A stretch of 64,000 nt of DNA from a bacterium (GCA_023382385.1 JAHDVH010000003.1:278806-342805); one strand, 5' to 3'; counted from the stretch's first letter, positions 1-11,769 are shown. Numbers and translations: made by a program. The notes: a model not told the origin generated them from the letters alone.

Positions 1-588
1 TCCCATCAGAACATTTTCCGCAGTGCGGGTTAAAGAGACAATGTCGTCCGATACCAGTCGATGTCCGCGTTCAACCAGATCCAAAGCTACTTCTGATTTG
101 CCGATACCGCTGCGCCCCGTGAAAATCAGCCCTGTTCCGTAGACGTCCACCAATGACGCATGAATCGTCGTAGACGGAGCAAACTTCTGATCCAGATAGT
201 CGGAAAGCAGGTGCGTAGTCTCGGTCGTTGTCAACGGCGACGAGAATACTGCGACACCTGCTTTGTCCGCCGCCTCGCCCAATTCCGGGAGCATCGGATT
301 ATCGTTCGTGATGATCAGGCAAGGAATCTCGAATTCGAAGAATCTTGAGAGAGATTTCTTACGATCAAGCGTCGACAGTGACTCGAGGAACTTCACCTCG
401 GTGTTTCCCAGAACCTGAATCCGGTCGTACGTAAAGAGCTCTATGAACCCAGCCAATGCGAGCCCGGGCCGGTGGATTTCCTTCTGTGTGATTTCGCGCG
501 TCAATCCCCGCGGGCTGTTGCGGAGCTTAAGATTCAGTCGGTCCTGGTTTTCTTGATAAAACGCGCTGACCTGCAGTCGCTCGGCCAT
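1..588 (-). CDS. hprK: HPr(Ser) kinase/phosphorylase, runs off the window edge
   Basis: Manually translated (not in ORF track): MAERLQVSAFYQ...IHRPGLALAGF...RIQVLGNTE, Walker A TGRSGIGKSE, HRLVSDD; follows hpf. Confidence 0.93.
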   Translation of the reverse strand, partial: MAERLQVSAFYQENQDRLNLKLRNSPRGLTREITQKEIHRPGLALAGFIELFTYDRIQVLGNTEVKFLESLSTLDRKKSLSRFFEFEIPCLIITNDNPMLPELGEAADKAGVAVFSSPLTTTETTHLLSDYLDQKFAPSTTIHASLVDVYGTGLIFTGRSGIGKSEVALDLVERGHRLVSDDIVSLTRTAENVLMG

Positions 589-603
589 ACTTGCGCTCAC
601 AAC

Positions 604-894
604 TTAGTGGCGTGTCTGCAATCTATCTTTATGCTTCTTGATCTGTGCTTCGAGTTTGTCCACTGCAAGGACTATTGATTTGCGGAAGTCTTCGGATATG
701 GCCGAACCTATCAACACAGTGCCATCCACGCTAACCCGCACATTGGCACGTTTCTCTTGCTTGTTAAAAGTGAACTGGATTTCGCAATTCAAAATGTCAT
801 CCGCAAACTTCAAGAGTCGTTGAACTTCCTGTTCGGCAAATTCCCGTAAGCTGTCCGTGGCGTTGAAATGAACTGCGGTAATCTGAGTTCTCAT
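604..894 (-). CDS. hpf: Ribosome hibernation factor (short HPF/RaiA)
   Basis: 96 aa, QITAVHFNATDSLREFAEQ...VDKLEAQIKKHK S30AE pattern; upstream of hprK. Confidence 0.88.
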   Translation of the reverse strand: MRTQITAVHFNATDSLREFAEQEVQRLLKFADDILNCEIQFTFNKQEKRANVRVSVDGTVLIGSAISEDFRKSIVLAVDKLEAQIKKHKDRLQTRH

Positions 895-1817
895 GGCTCT
901 GTCCTTTGGGGGGTATTGTCCCCGCCGATTTCGTCTGTGGTTTTGGTCTCGTCGGCATGCGGGTGAGCCTGTTGGTAGGCTTTTCGCAGGCGGCGAGCTG
1001 TCACGTGCGTATAGCGCTCGGTCGTCCGAACTGATGCATGACCGAGCAATTCCTGTACCGCACGAAGGTCTGCACCTCGCGCAAGTAAGTGCGTTGCAAA
1101 ACTATGTCTTAGCTTGTGCGGACTGGCTTCCGGTAAAAGGCTGCCCAGCCGCGACTTGATGATTTTCGCTGCCCTGAAGCGACTGAGCGGTTTTCCGCGG
1201 TCAGATAGCCACAGAGGGTCCGACGGACAATCAGGAAACTGCCGTCCACGACTTGCCAGGTAGTCCTGCAGGGCCTGAAGCGACGCCAGGGAGAGCGGGA
1301 CGACCCTTTCCTTGCTTCCTTTGCCTAAAACGCGCGCAGTTCCGCGACGTATGTCGATGTCCGACAAACTTAATCCTAAGGCCTCGGAAATTCTGAGTCC
1401 CCCGCCATATAGTAGCTCGAGAAGAGCTCGATCCCGCACATTCGGCCATGTATCACCAAGACTATCCAGAGACTCGGCTAACGCAGATTCGGAGAAGATA
1501 TGCGGTAGCGGCTTCTTCACCCGAGGAGGGTCAAGCAGTGCAACGGGATTCTGGGTAATTGCGCTATTCCGCAAAAGAAACTTCGAGAAGTCACTCAATA
1601 CGGCGCGCTTGCGTTGCAGCGTCGAGGGGGCTAAGTCGTCGGCGGCCCAGCGATACATGATGTCTCGCAGGTTCTCATACATCCAATCAGCGATTTCGGG
1701 AGTACGATCAAGCTGACTCTTGAGGCTCGCGATAGCTTGAAACAGGTCACGCTTGTACGCAGCTTGAGTGTGCGGCGAGCGTTTGCGGCGAGCAAGGTCC
1801 TGCACATAGGCGTCCAC
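891..1817 (-). CDS. xerC: Tyrosine recombinase XerC/XerD family
   Basis: Catalytic motifs GLRISE, GKGSKER, HKLRHSFATHLL, LGHA, TERY; directly after topA. GTG start at 1817 is preferred over 1946, which overlaps topA. Confidence 0.88.
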   Translation of the reverse strand: MDAYVQDLARRKRSPHTQAAYKRDLFQAIASLKSQLDRTPEIADWMYENLRDIMYRWAADDLAPSTLQRKRAVLSDFSKFLLRNSAITQNPVALLDPPRVKKPLPHIFSESALAESLDSLGDTWPNVRDRALLELLYGGGLRISEALGLSLSDIDIRRGTARVLGKGSKERVVPLSLASLQALQDYLASRGRQFPDCPSDPLWLSDRGKPLSRFRAAKIIKSRLGSLLPEASPHKLRHSFATHLLARGADLRAVQELLGHASVRTTERYTHVTARRLRKAYQQAHPHADETKTTDEIGGDNTPQRTEP

Positions 1818-1831
1818 GAAGGACCCAAGAC

Positions 1832-4297
1832 TTATGACTTCGCCGCCTGCTCTATCTCGATTTTGTGCTTGCATTTCGGACATTGGTGGATAAGACCTGC
1901 TTTCAGGTTCTTCTCCTCCATATAGTTGTTCCCGCAGGCCGGACACTTTTCCGCGATCGGTCTGTTCCAGCTGACAAAATCACAGTTGGGATAATTGGAG
2001 CATCCGAAGAAGAGTTTTCCCCGTCTCGATTTGCGTGCACTGATCTTTCCGCCACAGCCTTCGCGGGGACAGTCAATGGCGTTGGGGTCAGGCATGGGCA
2101 GGATCGTCTTGCACTCGGGATAGCCTGTGCAACCTAAGAACCAGCCGAAGCGGCTGCGCTTGGGCGCCATCTGCTTCCCGCATTTCGGGCAGGGAGTTTC
2201 CGGCACTTCAGGCGCTTTCTCCCCTTCCAGCGGCTCAGTATAACGGCATTCGGGGTAATTCGTGCATGCGATGAACTTGCCCGCACGACCCCACTTCATG
2301 ACCAATTCTCCGCCGCACTCCGGACAAGGCTTGTCCAGCACTTCCTGAGTGCCTTTCTTTATCTCGTCACGATTCTGCTTCACACGTTCGAGGTCGGCCG
2401 AAAATGGTTTGTAGAAGTCTTTCACGACCTTCTGCCACTTTACACCGTCATTCTCAATGGAGTCCAGCTCTTCTTCCATTTGAGCAGTGAACGACACGTT
2501 AAACACGTCCGGGAATTGCTCAATCAAGACCTTGTTGACGGCCTCGCCAAGCTCGGTCGGCTGGAAGCGTCGCTGCTCATTTGTGATGTACTTGCGTTTA
2601 ACGAGTACCGAGATGATTTGAGCGTAGGTGCTCGGTCTTCCAATCCCGAGTTCGTCCAGAGTTTTCACCAAAGAGCCGGCATTGTATCGGGGAGGCGGCT
2701 CCGTGAAGTGCTGCGTGGGGGTAACTCTCTCCGCTGGATACTGCTTGCCAACCTTCAGTTCGGGCAGCTCATTGGTCATTTCCGTTTCAAGCTGCTCGCG
2801 CGCATCATGCGGCGTTTCGTCAGCCACTTCCGCAAGGACTTGCAGATGGCCCGGGAAAAGCATACGACGGCCGTTGGCGCGAAACTCGTACTTCCCGACC
2901 TCAAGCGTCGCGGTCGTCACTTCAAAGCGAGCCTCTTCCATTTGCGACGCAACAAAACGCTTCCAAATCAATTCGTATAACTTGAATTGTTCAGGCTTCA
3001 AGTATTTCTTGACTGACGACGGGTCGCGGGTCACATCCGTCGGACGGATCGCTTCATGCGCGTCTTGAGCCGCGTTCTTGGTCTTGAACAGGCGAGGATG
3101 GGCGGGCAGATACTCTTTTCCGTAGCGGTCCACGATGAACTCACGCAAGTGGGTCAAGGCTTCCGGAGAAACTCGCACGGAATCCGTACGCATGTACGTG
3201 ATTAGTCCGACCGAACCATCCTTGCCCAACTCCACGCCTTCATAGAGTTGTTGAGCCGCCGACATGGTTCTATCGTTGGAGAAACTTAATCGCCGTGCCG
3301 CATCCTGCTGCAGAGTCGATGTCGTGTACGGCGCGGAGGGCGAGGACTTGGTTGGGCGGGACTTGAGGTCCGTTAACTTGAACTCTTTTCCCGTGCATTC
3401 CTTGACAATTGCCTTCGCAGATTTCTCGTCCGAGACTTCCGCCTTCTTGCCGTCGATCTTTGAGAGTCTGGCTTCGAATGTCTCTTGCTTGCTTGCTGTA
3501 AGCAAGGCGGCAATCGTCCAATACTCCATCGGAGTAAAAGCGCGAATTTCGGCTTCTCGTTCACATATAAGCCGTAATGCAACCGATTGGACTCGGCCTG
3601 CCGACAGGCCACGAGCAATGATTTTCTGAAGCAGGGGAGACACTAAATAACCTACGAGGCGATCCAGCACACGGCGCGCCTGCTGCGCGTCCACTTTCTT
3701 ACCGTCCAACTCACCCGGACGCGAGAGTGCCTTCTTGACGGCATCCCGCGTGATCTCGTTAAAAAGAACTCGGCGAATCTTCGTCTTGTGCTGAGGGTCT
3801 ATCTCCTCTGCTATGTGGAAGGCGATCGCCTCGCCTTCGCGGTCAGGGTCCGTCGCAATAAACACTTCCGAAGCATCCCGCGCATTTCGGCGGAGCATCG
3901 TCAAAACGTCTTCTTTCCCGCTTATCGTGACGTACTCGGGTTCGAAATTATTCTTAAGGTCAACTCCGAGTTTCTTCTCTGGGAGGTCGCGCACGTGGCC
4001 TACTGATGCGGCCACCGCATATTCCTTCCCGAGATAACCCGACAAAGTGCGCGCCTTCGCCGGTGATTCGACAATAACGAATTTGCGCCCAACCGCTGAC
4101 ACTTCGTGCATTGCAGCACTGCGGGACGGCCTCCTTGTCGCCGCGCCCGTTCGCGCAGCCGATGCCTTTTTTGAGGAAGTCGCTTCTCGCGACACAGACT
4201 TCTTTGACACCTTTTTTGTGGCGGAGGACGTCTTCTTTGCCGCAGTTTTTGCGGATTTTGACGCGCTTTTCTTCTTTGTTGTTTTCTTGGTCGGCAT
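1832..4297 (-). CDS. topA: DNA topoisomerase I with Lys-rich N-terminal extension and C-terminal zinc ribbons
   Basis: IVESPAK, SVGHV, ATDPDREGEAI, SAGRVQS, ITYMRTDS (catalytic Tyr), GIGRPSTY; several C4 zinc ribbons. Confidence 0.97.
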   Translation of the reverse strand: MPTKKTTKKKSASKSAKTAAKKTSSATKKVSKKSVSREATSSKKASAARTGAATRRPSRSAAMHEVSAVGRKFVIVESPAKARTLSGYLGKEYAVAASVGHVRDLPEKKLGVDLKNNFEPEYVTISGKEDVLTMLRRNARDASEVFIATDPDREGEAIAFHIAEEIDPQHKTKIRRVLFNEITRDAVKKALSRPGELDGKKVDAQQARRVLDRLVGYLVSPLLQKIIARGLSAGRVQSVALRLICEREAEIRAFTPMEYWTIAALLTASKQETFEARLSKIDGKKAEVSDEKSAKAIVKECTGKEFKLTDLKSRPTKSSPSAPYTTSTLQQDAARRLSFSNDRTMSAAQQLYEGVELGKDGSVGLITYMRTDSVRVSPEALTHLREFIVDRYGKEYLPAHPRLFKTKNAAQDAHEAIRPTDVTRDPSSVKKYLKPEQFKLYELIWKRFVASQMEEARFEVTTATLEVGKYEFRANGRRMLFPGHLQVLAEVADETPHDAREQLETEMTNELPELKVGKQYPAERVTPTQHFTEPPPRYNAGSLVKTLDELGIGRPSTYAQIISVLVKRKYITNEQRRFQPTELGEAVNKVLIEQFPDVFNVSFTAQMEEELDSIENDGVKWQKVVKDFYKPFSADLERVKQNRDEIKKGTQEVLDKPCPECGGELVMKWGRAGKFIACTNYPECRYTEPLEGEKAPEVPETPCPKCGKQMAPKRSRFGWFLGCTGYPECKTILPMPDPNAIDCPREGCGGKISARKSRRGKLFFGCSNYPNCDFVSWNRPIAEKCPACGNNYMEEKNLKAGLIHQCPKCKHKIEIEQAAKS

Positions 4298-4429
4298 ATC
4301 CTTCAGAAAGCAAAAGCTTCGAGCACAGGCTCAAAGCTTAGTGAGTAACGTTACGAATGGCAGCCGAATTGTGCGGCTAATTCCATGAAAATCCGTGGAT
4401 TCTGCCCGTTTTTCAGGCAAGCTTCCGTC

Positions 4430-4906
4430 TTAATGTATCAGTTCAGGCGACATGCGAGCCGAGGCAGCCGGCATCATGCTTTCACCGGGAAGCAACTCTT
4501 TCTCAAACAGATGGGTGGCCACCATGAGTTTCATCTCAGAAACATCGGCGGCAGGCGATCCCATCATCACGCATCGCTCAATGAGCTCTTCAGTATCGCC
4601 GTGAGTCAACACACCCAAACGGAGTAACTGCAGGATATGGCCCAGAGCTTCACTACTGATGTAATTGGATTCAATCTCGTGCAGGACACGATAGGCATTG
4701 GGATTGACCGGCTCCTGAATCTGCGAACGCTGCCTCGTCCCTGCCATGCGGTGATTGAACACCGAAAAGGCCGTCGCCACTTCACGCCGAGAAAAACCCT
4801 GTCGAATCAAGTCTTCAGAGATACCATCAATTTCATCCAGATTTACACGGCGAGATTCAATTTCGCCGATTACATACAAAATAATCTCAACGATCCGTTG
4901 GTCCAT
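4430..4906 (-). CDS. DUF494 (Smg) family protein
   Basis: MDQRIVEIILYV...LIRQGFSRREVATAF...YRVLHEIE...IERC; usual position upstream of topA. Confidence 0.8.
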   Translation of the reverse strand: MDQRIVEIILYVIGEIESRRVNLDEIDGISEDLIRQGFSRREVATAFSVFNHRMAGTRQRSQIQEPVNPNAYRVLHEIESNYISSEALGHILQLLRLGVLTHGDTEELIERCVMMGSPAADVSEMKLMVATHLFEKELLPGESMMPAASARMSPELIH

Positions 4907-5056
4907 GCAGTGGCCTTCCTTGTTACCTCCGAAATCGGGGGTTGGTTCCACGGTAAAGCTGCCGGCATTCTAAGTGAAGGGCAGTATTACTTTTAGCCAT
5001 CAGTCTCCCTGCTACCGCCTCATTGTAAGGAAAAAAACTGCTAAAGGCAAGCCTTC

Positions 5057-8000
5057 TCAGCCTGAAACTTCTTCGGTCGCGCCGTGGCACTTCTTATACT
5101 TTTTCCCGCTTCCACAAGGACATGGGTCATTTCTACCCACGCGAGCCCCGACCCTTACCGGTTCCTTCTTTCCGACCTGCGTGGCACCGCCAGCTTGCGC
5201 AGAAGGCTGGCCGCCCCCTTGTGTGGACGCTTGACTATAGGCTAATCCTGCCGCGCTTGCATGGGAATACGTCATAGCAGGAGTCCTGCTTACTCTCGGT
5301 TGCGACGGGATTTCACCGCCCTGCTGCTCCGCCTGGAGGCGATAGCTGAAAATAATTCTAAGTGCATCGGCGTTGACCTCGTCCAACATCCCCTGGAAGA
5401 GCTTGAAACCCTCCTTCTTATACTCAATCAACGGGTCCTTTTGACCATAGGCGCGCAGACCGACGCCCTCTTTGAGACCATCCATCGCATACAGGTGGTC
5501 TTTCCACTTCATGTCAATAACGCGGAGGATTGCCTGTCTCTGCAGTTCACGGAACAATTCCTCTCCAAGCAGGGCTCCGCGGTTGGCTCGTGCCTCTTCA
5601 ATCTTGCGGGTCAGACTATCATGCTGTTGTGCAGGGGAAGAGTGGAAGAATTCCTCATCGCGCGACAGATCGATGAGAAATGTCCGCATAATTTCTTCGG
5701 TGAAGGCTTCGCGATTCAGGTCATCGCCCTCACCGTGCTTCTCGAAAATGTAATCCACATAGTCGCCGATCATTTCGTCGATCAGCGCAGAGGGGTCTTC
5801 GCCTCGCAAGGCGATGTTTCGGCGCGAGTAAACAACCGAGCGCTGCTGGTTCATTACATCGTCGTATTCCAGCAAGTGCTTGCGGATAGAGAAGTTATAT
5901 TCTTCGACGCGCTGTTGAGCACGACTAATCGAACGGGTTATCATACCCGCCGAGATGACCTCTCCTTCCTTCAGTCCAAGGCGGTCCATGACGGAGGCCA
6001 TCCGATCCGAGCCAAAAAGACGCATCAAATCATCTTCAAGGGAAACGTAGAACTGACTGGATCCGGGGTCACCCTGACGACCCGCGCGGCCGCGAAGCTG
6101 ACGGTCAATCCGGCGAGATTCGTGACGCTCTGTTCCCAGAATGAAGAGACCGCCCTCCGCATTGGATTTGTCGTTCTCATCGCCAGACCAGTTGACGACG
6201 CCCGGTCCCAGTTTGATATCTGTGCCGCGACCGGCCATGTTGGTCGCGATCGTGACCGCACCGATTTGACCTGCCTTGGCAATGATTTCCGCTTCCTTCT
6301 GATGTTGTTTAGCGTTTAACACCTCATGCGGAATTCGACGACCCTTCAGCATGCGCGAAAGCAATTCTGAAGCTTCAACCGACGCAGTTCCTACGAGCAC
6401 GGGTTGGCGATTCGTGTGCAGCTCGGCAATGCGTTCGACAATTGCGTTATACTTCTCGCGCTTCGTGCGGTAGATGAGATCGTTCATGTCATTACGACGT
6501 ATCGGCTGATGCGTCGGAATGACCATAACTTCAAGCTTGTAAATCGAGTAAAACTCAGACTCCTCCGTCTCCGCAGTTCCCGTCATGCCCGCGAGCTTGC
6601 TATAGAGTCTGAAGTAATTCTGCAGTGTGATCGTGGCGATCGTCTGTGTTTCCCGCTCGATCTTGACGCCTTCCTTGGCCTCAATCGCCTGATGCAATCC
6701 GTCAGAATACCTGCGTCCAGAAAGGATGCGGCCCGTGAACTCATCCACGATTTGCACCTTACCATCCTGAACGACGTACTCTACGTCCTTTTCGTAAAGG
6801 CAATAGGCTTTCAGAAGCTGCGCAACATTCTGGACACGCTCTGCACGGTGTGCGTAGACGCTCTGCATTTCGGTCTTCTTGGCCGCACGCTCCTCCGCGG
6901 AGAGGGATTCATTCGCGTCCAATTTCGCAAATTCATCCGCGAGGTCCGGGAGCAGGAAGAGATCCGGGTCGCCGCCATAGTATTTGGTTAACTGCAGGCG
7001 TCCCTGCTCCGTCAAATCGGTCTGATGCGATTTCTCTTCGATCGAGAAATACAGCTCCTCGTCGAGCTCGTGCATCTTCTTGTCGCGAAGATACTCATTT
7101 TCAACGCGTTGACGTAGCTGGACGTTCGACGGCTCCTGAAACAACTTCAGAGTGCGCTTGTGCTTGGGGTAGCCGCGATGAAGTTTCAGCAATCGCTTGC
7201 CAACTTCATATTCATCGAACTTCGGCTCAGTCAACATCTTTTCGACTTCGTCGGCAAGTCGAATTATCAACTGTGATTGCAGCCGCACCAGCTGTTCAAC
7301 CGGCGGTTTCATCTCGTCAAACCGCTGTGTGGAGTGCTCGACCGGCCCAGAGATAATCAGCGGAGTACGCGCTTCATCAATCAGCACGCTGTCCACTTCG
7401 TCGACGATTGCAAAGTGATGTCCGCGTTGCACAACATAGTCCATGTGCAGGGCCATGTTGTCGCGCAAATAGTCAAAGCCAAACTCGTTGTTTGTGCCGT
7501 AGGTGATGTCCTTGCCGTACTCTTCTCTCCGACGATGGGGCGGCATGTCCGAAGTAATAACACCTACAGACAACCCGAGCATTTGAAAGACCGGACCCAT
7601 CCATTCGGCGTCGCGTTGAGCCAAGTAGTCATTGACCGTGACAAGGTGCGCACCTTTCCCGGGCAATGCATTCAAGTACAATGCAAACGTTGCGACGAGA
7701 GTCTTACCTTCACCCGTCGCCATTTCAGCGATTTTCCCTTGATGAAGTGCAATTCCACCAATGATTTGCACATCATAAGGAATCATGTTCCACGTCACCT
7801 TTTGCCCGCGAACTTCGTATTCGTGGCCAACTAATCGACGGCAGGCATTCTTCACGGCGGCGTACGCTTCGACCATCAGGTCATCAAGTGTTTCCCCGTC
7901 TGCCAAGCGCGCCCGAAACTCATCAGTTTTCGCGCGGAGTTCATCGTCGGTCAGCGATTGGAATTCAGCTTCCCATTTATTCACGGCTTCAACCAGAGGA

Positions 8001-8065
8001 CGCAGCTTCTTTGCCGCGCGGTCGTGCTTTGTGCCGAATATCTTGGAGAGGATTAGGTCGAACAT
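5057..8065 (-). CDS. secA: Preprotein translocase ATPase SecA
   Basis: [54 protein letters not shown]-terminal [22 protein letters not shown]. Confidence 0.99.
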   Translation of the reverse strand: MFDLILSKIFGTKHDRAAKKLRPLVEAVNKWEAEFQSLTDDELRAKTDEFRARLADGETLDDLMVEAYAAVKNACRRLVGHEYEVRGQKVTWNMIPYDVQIIGGIALHQGKIAEMATGEGKTLVATFALYLNALPGKGAHLVTVNDYLAQRDAEWMGPVFQMLGLSVGVITSDMPPHRRREEYGKDITYGTNNEFGFDYLRDNMALHMDYVVQRGHHFAIVDEVDSVLIDEARTPLIISGPVEHSTQRFDEMKPPVEQLVRLQSQLIIRLADEVEKMLTEPKFDEYEVGKRLLKLHRGYPKHKRTLKLFQEPSNVQLRQRVENEYLRDKKMHELDEELYFSIEEKSHQTDLTEQGRLQLTKYYGGDPDLFLLPDLADEFAKLDANESLSAEERAAKKTEMQSVYAHRAERVQNVAQLLKAYCLYEKDVEYVVQDGKVQIVDEFTGRILSGRRYSDGLHQAIEAKEGVKIERETQTIATITLQNYFRLYSKLAGMTGTAETEESEFYSIYKLEVMVIPTHQPIRRNDMNDLIYRTKREKYNAIVERIAELHTNRQPVLVGTASVEASELLSRMLKGRRIPHEVLNAKQHQKEAEIIAKAGQIGAVTIATNMAGRGTDIKLGPGVVNWSGDENDKSNAEGGLFILGTERHESRRIDRQLRGRAGRQGDPGSSQFYVSLEDDLMRLFGSDRMASVMDRLGLKEGEVISAGMITRSISRAQQRVEEYNFSIRKHLLEYDDVMNQQRSVVYSRRNIALRGEDPSALIDEMIGDYVDYIFEKHGEGDDLNREAFTEEIMRTFLIDLSRDEEFFHSSPAQQHDSLTRKIEEARANRGALLGEELFRELQRQAILRVIDMKWKDHLYAMDGLKEGVGLRAYGQKDPLIEYKKEGFKLFQGMLDEVNADALRIIFSYRLQAEQQGGEIPSQPRVSRTPAMTYSHASAAGLAYSQASTQGGGQPSAQAGGATQVGKKEPVRVGARVGRNDPCPCGSGKKYKKCHGATEEVSG

Positions 8066-8099
8066 GATCCCTTAGGTGTCGTACTTTGAGGAATGATTC

Positions 8100-8119
8100 G
8101 GGCGGCACGTTTGCCGCCC
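8100..8119. other. GC-rich hairpin in the secA leader
   Basis: GGGCGGCA-cgtt-TGCCGCCC perfect 8-bp stem with no U-tract. Confidence 0.45.
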
Positions 8120-8142
8120 TTCCGTTGCTGCAACAGATTTCC

Positions 8143-8823
8143 TTACATTCCGATGAATAATCTTGAGGCCAGAAACTCCGGCAATCCCGCGTCGCGAATC
8201 GCTTGTGCGGCTTTCAGGATGTCGTAGCTAACACGACTCCAGCGAAAACTGCCGGTCTCCGTGTCAAAAACCACATAGCTTGCCTGTGGATTTCTGTCCC
8301 GAGGTTGACCGACTGATCCAACGTTGATAATGCGACGATTCTCAGGGCCGGCAAAGTGTGCTGGAATGTGAGAGTGCCCAATGAAGGCAGTACGGCCAGG
8401 CGGCATTGCGTCAAAATGCTGAATGGCTTCGTCGGGGTTATGAATGTAGTTCCACGCGCCCGGGTCCTTGGGAGTCGCATGAACACACAGTACACTCTCG
8501 ACAGAATGAACGAGCGGCAGACCTTTAAGCCAGTTCAGATGGCTGTCGTCCATCACGTTTACCGACCATTCAATCGCAGAACGCGCGTACGCATTAAAGA
8601 ACTGCATCGGTGTCAAACCGCAAAGCGCAGAGTCATGGTTACCCATAACGCAGGCGAAGCATTTCTCGCGTACAAGCTCGCAACAGTCATTAGGACTTGC
8701 ACCGTATCCAACAATGTCGCCAAGGCAGATGATTGACGCGAGGCCCTGGCGCTCACAATCTTCAATAACCGCTTCGAGGGCAGGCAGGTTCCCGTGAATG
8801 TCTGAGATGATTCCAAGTTTCAT
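8143..8823 (-). CDS. Metallophosphoesterase (calcineurin-like)
   Basis: SDIHGN, LGDIVGYG, GNHD, GHSH, NVGSVGQPRD. Confidence 0.9.
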   Translation of the reverse strand: MKLGIISDIHGNLPALEAVIEDCERQGLASIICLGDIVGYGASPNDCCELVREKCFACVMGNHDSALCGLTPMQFFNAYARSAIEWSVNVMDDSHLNWLKGLPLVHSVESVLCVHATPKDPGAWNYIHNPDEAIQHFDAMPPGRTAFIGHSHIPAHFAGPENRRIINVGSVGQPRDRNPQASYVVFDTETGSFRWSRVSYDILKAAQAIRDAGLPEFLASRLFIGM

Positions 8824-9266
8824 TGGGGTTCCGCAGCAGCGTGCTTCTGTTTGCGTGTATCAGTCTTCTTGAGCTCCGCGCAAACCGCATCGAGAATACC
8901 GTTCACGAAGCGACCGCTCTGCGCGGTTGAATACTGCTTCGCCAGTTCGATTGCTTCATTAATCGTGACTTTGAACGGTATGTCGTCAAAGTACAAGAAC
9001 TCGGCTATTGCCATACGCAGAATAATCAGGTCAAGAACGGCGAGCCTTGCGAGGTCCCACTTCTGGACCGCTCGGCGAATTGCTTGGTCAATCTGCTCAT
9101 CTCCTGAAGCCGCGGCGTCGCAGAGCTTGCGGCAGAACTGCATATTCTGATCCTGCCGAGCGCCTTTCAAGATATCCGTAAAGCACTGTTCAACCGGATA
9201 GCCCGTTAAGCGCACCGCATAGAGTACCCGTAGTGCCCACTCGCGCGCCGATCGTCTGCTGCGCAT
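8820..9266 (-). CDS. nusB: Transcription antitermination factor NusB
   Basis: RRSAREWAL, INEAIELAKQY, FVNGILD. Confidence 0.95.
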   Translation of the reverse strand: MRSRRSAREWALRVLYAVRLTGYPVEQCFTDILKGARQDQNMQFCRKLCDAAASGDEQIDQAIRRAVQKWDLARLAVLDLIILRMAIAEFLYFDDIPFKVTINEAIELAKQYSTAQSGRFVNGILDAVCAELKKTDTRKQKHAAAEPQ

Positions 9267-9286
9267 GAAACTCTTTCTTTTAAGCC

Positions 9287-10246
9287 TTACAGCCAGTAAT
9301 GTAAGCCGAGCGCGTCATCCCGGCGTCCTTCGATCATGTCGAAGTATGCGGTCTGGATTCTCTTCGTTATCGGTCCGGCCTTGCCTTCTCCGACGATGAC
9401 CTTATCCACCGATCTTACGGGAGTGATTTCCGCTGCGGTTCCCGAGAAGAATACTTCATCCGCTATATATAGCATCTCGCGCGGCACCAAACCTTCCGTC
9501 AGAGGAATGCCCATCTCATGTGCCAATTGAATCACGCAAGCACGCGTAATCCCCGGCAGCACCGATGCTCCGAGCGGCGGAGTAACGATCTTACCGTCGC
9601 GAACCACAAAGACATTCTCGCCAGAACCTTCGGAAATGTAACCGTTTGTATCAAGAGCAATGCCTTCGGTGAACCCGAAATTGGTCGCGTCAATGACGTG
9701 CAGCTGTGAGTTAGCGTAATTGGCCGCCGACTTGGCGAGAGCAGGCATGGTGTTTGGCGCAATGCGACTCCAGCTTGAAACCATGACATCCACTCCCAGC
9801 TCAAGTGCTTCAGTTCCCAAGTACTTCCCCCAGCGGAGCGGGATCACGACGCACTCGGTCGGACACTCACGGGGGTGAACTCCCAGCGAGTGATACCCCC
9901 GGAACAACAAGGGACGCAAATATGCTTCATCCATGTTGTTCGCCAACACAACCTCGGCACAGGCCAATTCAATCTGCTCATGCGTAAACGGGATGGGCAT
10001 GCGATAGATCTTTGCCGAGTCAAGCAAGCGGCGAATGTGCTGCTTCAAACCCCAGATTGTTGTACCGCGCCCGGTTTTGTATGCACGAATGCCCTCAAAT
10101 ACGGCTGACCCGTAGTGCATCGCGTGAGTTGCCACATGAACGGTCGCTTCTTCCCAACGGATCAGCTTGCCGCTCATCCAAATCTTTAGAGTTTCGTCAA
10201 AGCGGGACTTTGCCACTTTCCGCTCCTCTTGTATGGTCGTTTCCAT
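9287..10246 (-). CDS. ilvE: Branched-chain amino acid aminotransferase
   Basis: HYGSAVFEGIRAY, AKSAANY (PLP Lys), EGSGENVF, LPGITR, GTAAEITP. Confidence 0.95.
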   Translation of the reverse strand: METTIQEERKVAKSRFDETLKIWMSGKLIRWEEATVHVATHAMHYGSAVFEGIRAYKTGRGTTIWGLKQHIRRLLDSAKIYRMPIPFTHEQIELACAEVVLANNMDEAYLRPLLFRGYHSLGVHPRECPTECVVIPLRWGKYLGTEALELGVDVMVSSWSRIAPNTMPALAKSAANYANSQLHVIDATNFGFTEGIALDTNGYISEGSGENVFVVRDGKIVTPPLGASVLPGITRACVIQLAHEMGIPLTEGLVPREMLYIADEVFFSGTAAEITPVRSVDKVIVGEGKAGPITKRIQTAYFDMIEGRRDDALGLHYWL

Positions 10247-11388
10247 TAGTTGCTCAATAGGTTTCTTGCAATAATTGTACGTTGTATTTCAGAAGTGCCT
10301 TCATAAATTTCCGTGACTTTTGCATCGCGAAGCATTCGCTCGACCGGGAAATCCTTCAGGTATCCATTTCCGCCATGAATTTGGACAGCTTCCATCGCGA
10401 CACGCATGACGATATCCGAAGCAAAGAGTTTTGCCATCGCGGCTTCGTGAGTAAAACGCTGACCGGTGTCCTTCTTTCGAGCGGCGCTGTAATTGAGTAG
10501 TCGTGCCGCTTCGGTTATCATCTCCATATCCGCAAGCTTGAATTGAATCGCTTGAAACTCTGAAATGGGGTGGCCAAACTGCTCGCGGATTTTTGCGTAT
10601 TTGACGGCCTCTTCGAGCGCACCTTGCGCCAACCCGATTGCCTGAGCCGCTATCCCGATGCGGCCGCTGTCCAGCGCAGTCATCGCCACCTTGAAGCCGT
10701 CGCCTTCCTTCCCAAGCATGTTCTTGGACGGTACTCGGCACTCTTCAAGAATGATCATGCAGCAGTCCGAAGATCGAATGCCCATCTTCTTTTCATTTGC
10801 GCCTCGTCTGAAGCCCGGCATCGTCGCGTCAACGATGAAGGCTGAAATGCCTTTTGCCTTCTGTGCTTTATCGGTCCGAGCCATCACAATATAGGTGTCA
10901 GACATCAGACCGTTGGTGATAAATGCCTTTTCTCCGGTCAAGATGTAGTCATCTCCGTCCTTTACGGCTGACATCATCAATCCGCCTGCGTCCGAGCCGA
11001 CTCCAGGTTCAGTCAAACAAAAGGCACCAAGCAGCTTGCCTTCGGCAAGTGGCTTCAGGTATCTCTCGTGCTGATCCGGTGTTCCAAACTTCTGCAGTGG
11101 ATAACAGACGAGCGAATTATTCACGGAGACAATCACACCTACTGAAGGATCTACTCGTGAGAGTTCTTCAATGACGATCGCGTAGGTGACGGTATCCATA
11201 CCTGCGCCGCCGAGATTCTCCGGAGTGTTGACCCCCATAAATCCAAGCTCACCTATCTTCTTGATTATGTCCTTGGGAAATTCGCTGCGCTCATCGCGTT
11301 CTGCCACGGTCGGGCGGATTTCCCTTTCAGCGAAGTCACGTATAACGCTTTTGACCTCAAGCTGCTGTTCAGTTAAGAGATGATCCAT
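10246..11388 (-). CDS. Acyl-CoA dehydrogenase (short/branched chain)
   Basis: [40 protein letters not shown]. Confidence 0.93.
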   Translation of the reverse strand: MDHLLTEQQLEVKSVIRDFAEREIRPTVAERDERSEFPKDIIKKIGELGFMGVNTPENLGGAGMDTVTYAIVIEELSRVDPSVGVIVSVNNSLVCYPLQKFGTPDQHERYLKPLAEGKLLGAFCLTEPGVGSDAGGLMMSAVKDGDDYILTGEKAFITNGLMSDTYIVMARTDKAQKAKGISAFIVDATMPGFRRGANEKKMGIRSSDCCMIILEECRVPSKNMLGKEGDGFKVAMTALDSGRIGIAAQAIGLAQGALEEAVKYAKIREQFGHPISEFQAIQFKLADMEMITEAARLLNYSAARKKDTGQRFTHEAAMAKLFASDIVMRVAMEAVQIHGGNGYLKDFPVERMLRDAKVTEIYEGTSEIQRTIIARNLLSN

Positions 11389-11445
11389 TTATGATAGTTT
11401 GCTGAATGAGGAATGATGTCTAATTCTGTATTGACCAAACACTTG

Positions 11446-11769
11446 TCACGCGGAAACCTTGACAGCAGTTCCCGAGGCGGAAACCATCAGCATTGATCCG
11501 CCTGATCCAATGACTTCGTAGTCAAGATCCACCCCAACGACCGCATTCGCGCCGAGTGCGCGGGCATTTTCCGAGAGTTCCTGCAACGCAAGATCACGTG
11601 CTTTTCTCAATTCATTCTCATAGGCGGCGCTGCGCCCACCCACTATGTCACGAATTCCCGCAAAGAGATCCTTAAAGATGTTTGCTCCTACTATCGCCTC
11701 ACCGGCAACAACGCCAAGATAACCTTCAATTTTGCGCCCTTCGACGGAAGGAGTAGTTGTAATAATCAT
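11446..11769 (-). CDS. UPF0145/YbjQ family protein
   Basis: [38 protein letters not shown]. Confidence 0.92.
   Translation of the reverse strand: MIITTTPSVEGRKIEGYLGVVAGEAIVGANIFKDLFAGIRDIVGGRSAAYENELRKARDLALQELSENARALGANAVVGVDLDYEVIGSGGSMLMVSASGTAVKVSA

Noticed and set aside
891..1817. Tyrosine recombinase as a prophage or island integrase
   Set aside because: XerC-type motifs in housekeeping topA-xerC-hpf-hprK context; no att repeats or cargo genes.
5261..6319. 352 aa plus-strand ORF
   Set aside because: Antisense shadow of secA with no recognisable motifs.
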